Positions 62,494 through 64,000 of a stretch of 64,000 nt of DNA are shown one piece after another. The notes beneath the pieces are model-generated. The model was not told the origin of the DNA, searched no databases, and saw only the letters and a program-made list of their open reading frames with translations. The stretch's first letter is position 1. Each line of letters opens with the position of its first letter. A program made the position numbers and the translations under genes. Source of the stretch: Burkholderiales bacterium (lineage in GTDB: Bacteria; Pseudomonadota; Gammaproteobacteria; Burkholderiales; SG8-39); contig JAHDYJ010000007.1 in assembly GCA_023383795.1 (NCBI GenBank), positions 9,363-73,362 of the forward strand. Direction: 5' to 3'.

Positions 62494-62528
62494 GACCGGT
62501 TCCGATCGCCGCTCTCCTGGGGCGGTCC

Positions 62529-62569
62529 GCCAACTCCAGTCTGCCAACTGCCGACTGTCAACTGCCGAC

Positions 62570-62570
<1 letters not shown>
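62529..62570. repeat. Heptanucleotide array, upstream (5') flank of the four-helix-bundle gene, inverted relative to 62097-62131
   Basis: GCCAACT CCAGTCT GCCAACT GCCGACT GTCAACT GCCGACT. The last base is the first base (plus-strand sense) of the ACAD stop codon at 62570-62572. Confidence 0.85.
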
Positions 62571-63760
<1,190 letters not shown>

Positions 63761-63914
63761 GATCGCTGCCCAGGACGAGATCGGGACGGTCAATGGTAGC
63801 CCAGTTGCGCGGCTCGACGGCGCCCGCCCGATGCGGCATGCTTCGCCGGCCGGGCTGTCATCGCCGGTTCGATGGCCGGGTCCGTGACGGGATCGAGACG
63901 GAATCGGAGGCGAC

Positions 63915-64000
63915 ATGAAGGCGGTGGTCTGCAAGGCGTTCGGCCCGATCGACGACCTCGTCGTCGCCGACGTGCCGGCGCCGCAACCGGGCGCCGGCGA
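63915..64000 (+). CDS. Zinc-type alcohol dehydrogenase / NADPH:quinone oxidoreductase family protein, first 28 codons only
   Basis: ATG 63915 preceded by GGAGG (63906-63910). MKAVVCKAFGPIDDLVVADVPAPQPGAG is a typical N-terminus for this family. Runs off the window. Confidence 0.6.
   Translation, partial: MKAVVCKAFGPIDDLVVADVPAPQPGAG

Overview
64-kb, very GC-rich chromosomal segment. GC was not computed. The strong codon-position bias fills the six-frame track with long Arg/Ala/Pro-rich antisense and read-through ORFs, which I reject. I support 59 protein-coding genes, 2 of them cut by the window edges. I see no rRNA/tRNA, no transposase/integrase/phage genes and no CRISPR. The gene content (Bug/TctC-type and TRAP binding proteins, many CoA-ester enzymes, TetR regulators) and the TTCCCGC-N4-GCGGGAA REP hairpins suggest a betaproteobacterium; this is inference only. 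Layout: (i) 1-6.4 kb: ThDP enzyme / class II aldolase / reductase / MetE-like / ABM cluster. (ii) 6.8-10.9 kb: FadB-like enzyme, methyltransferase, FAD oxidase. (iii) 11.1-15.3 kb: GAF-GAF hybrid kinase, NarL-type regulator, two paralogous small HExxH proteins. (iv) 15.9-25.8 kb: thiolase, atypical ANL ligase, TetR, 3-hydroxyacyl-CoA dehydrogenase, thiolase and a strongly divergent two-subunit B12 acyl-CoA-mutase-like enzyme. (v) 27-37.7 kb: orphan CoxL-like molybdoenzyme, two more MetE-like genes, a second ThDP enzyme, a mixed TRAP/TTT transport operon. (vi) 37.9-44 kb: TetR, aryl-AMP/CoA ligase, amidohydrolase, SDRs, thioesterase. (vii) 44-47.7 kb: cytochrome b / SHP-like / dihaem cytochrome c operon with an OmpR-type two-component pair. 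(viii) 47.8-56.1 kb: M24-fold hydrolase plus E1alpha/E1beta/E2 cluster. (ix) 56-64 kb: SDR, DoxX, GT39-like protein, YfcG-like GST, NADP oxidoreductase and a two-gene acyl-CoA dehydrogenase pair. The two items most worth follow-up are the atypical mutase locus and a set of heptanucleotide (7-nt period) inverted arrays. One of these arrays brackets an Avd/23S-IVS-type four-helix-bundle gene inserted between the two acyl-CoA dehydrogenase genes. All family calls rest on motif recognition by eye; no database search or computation was possible.
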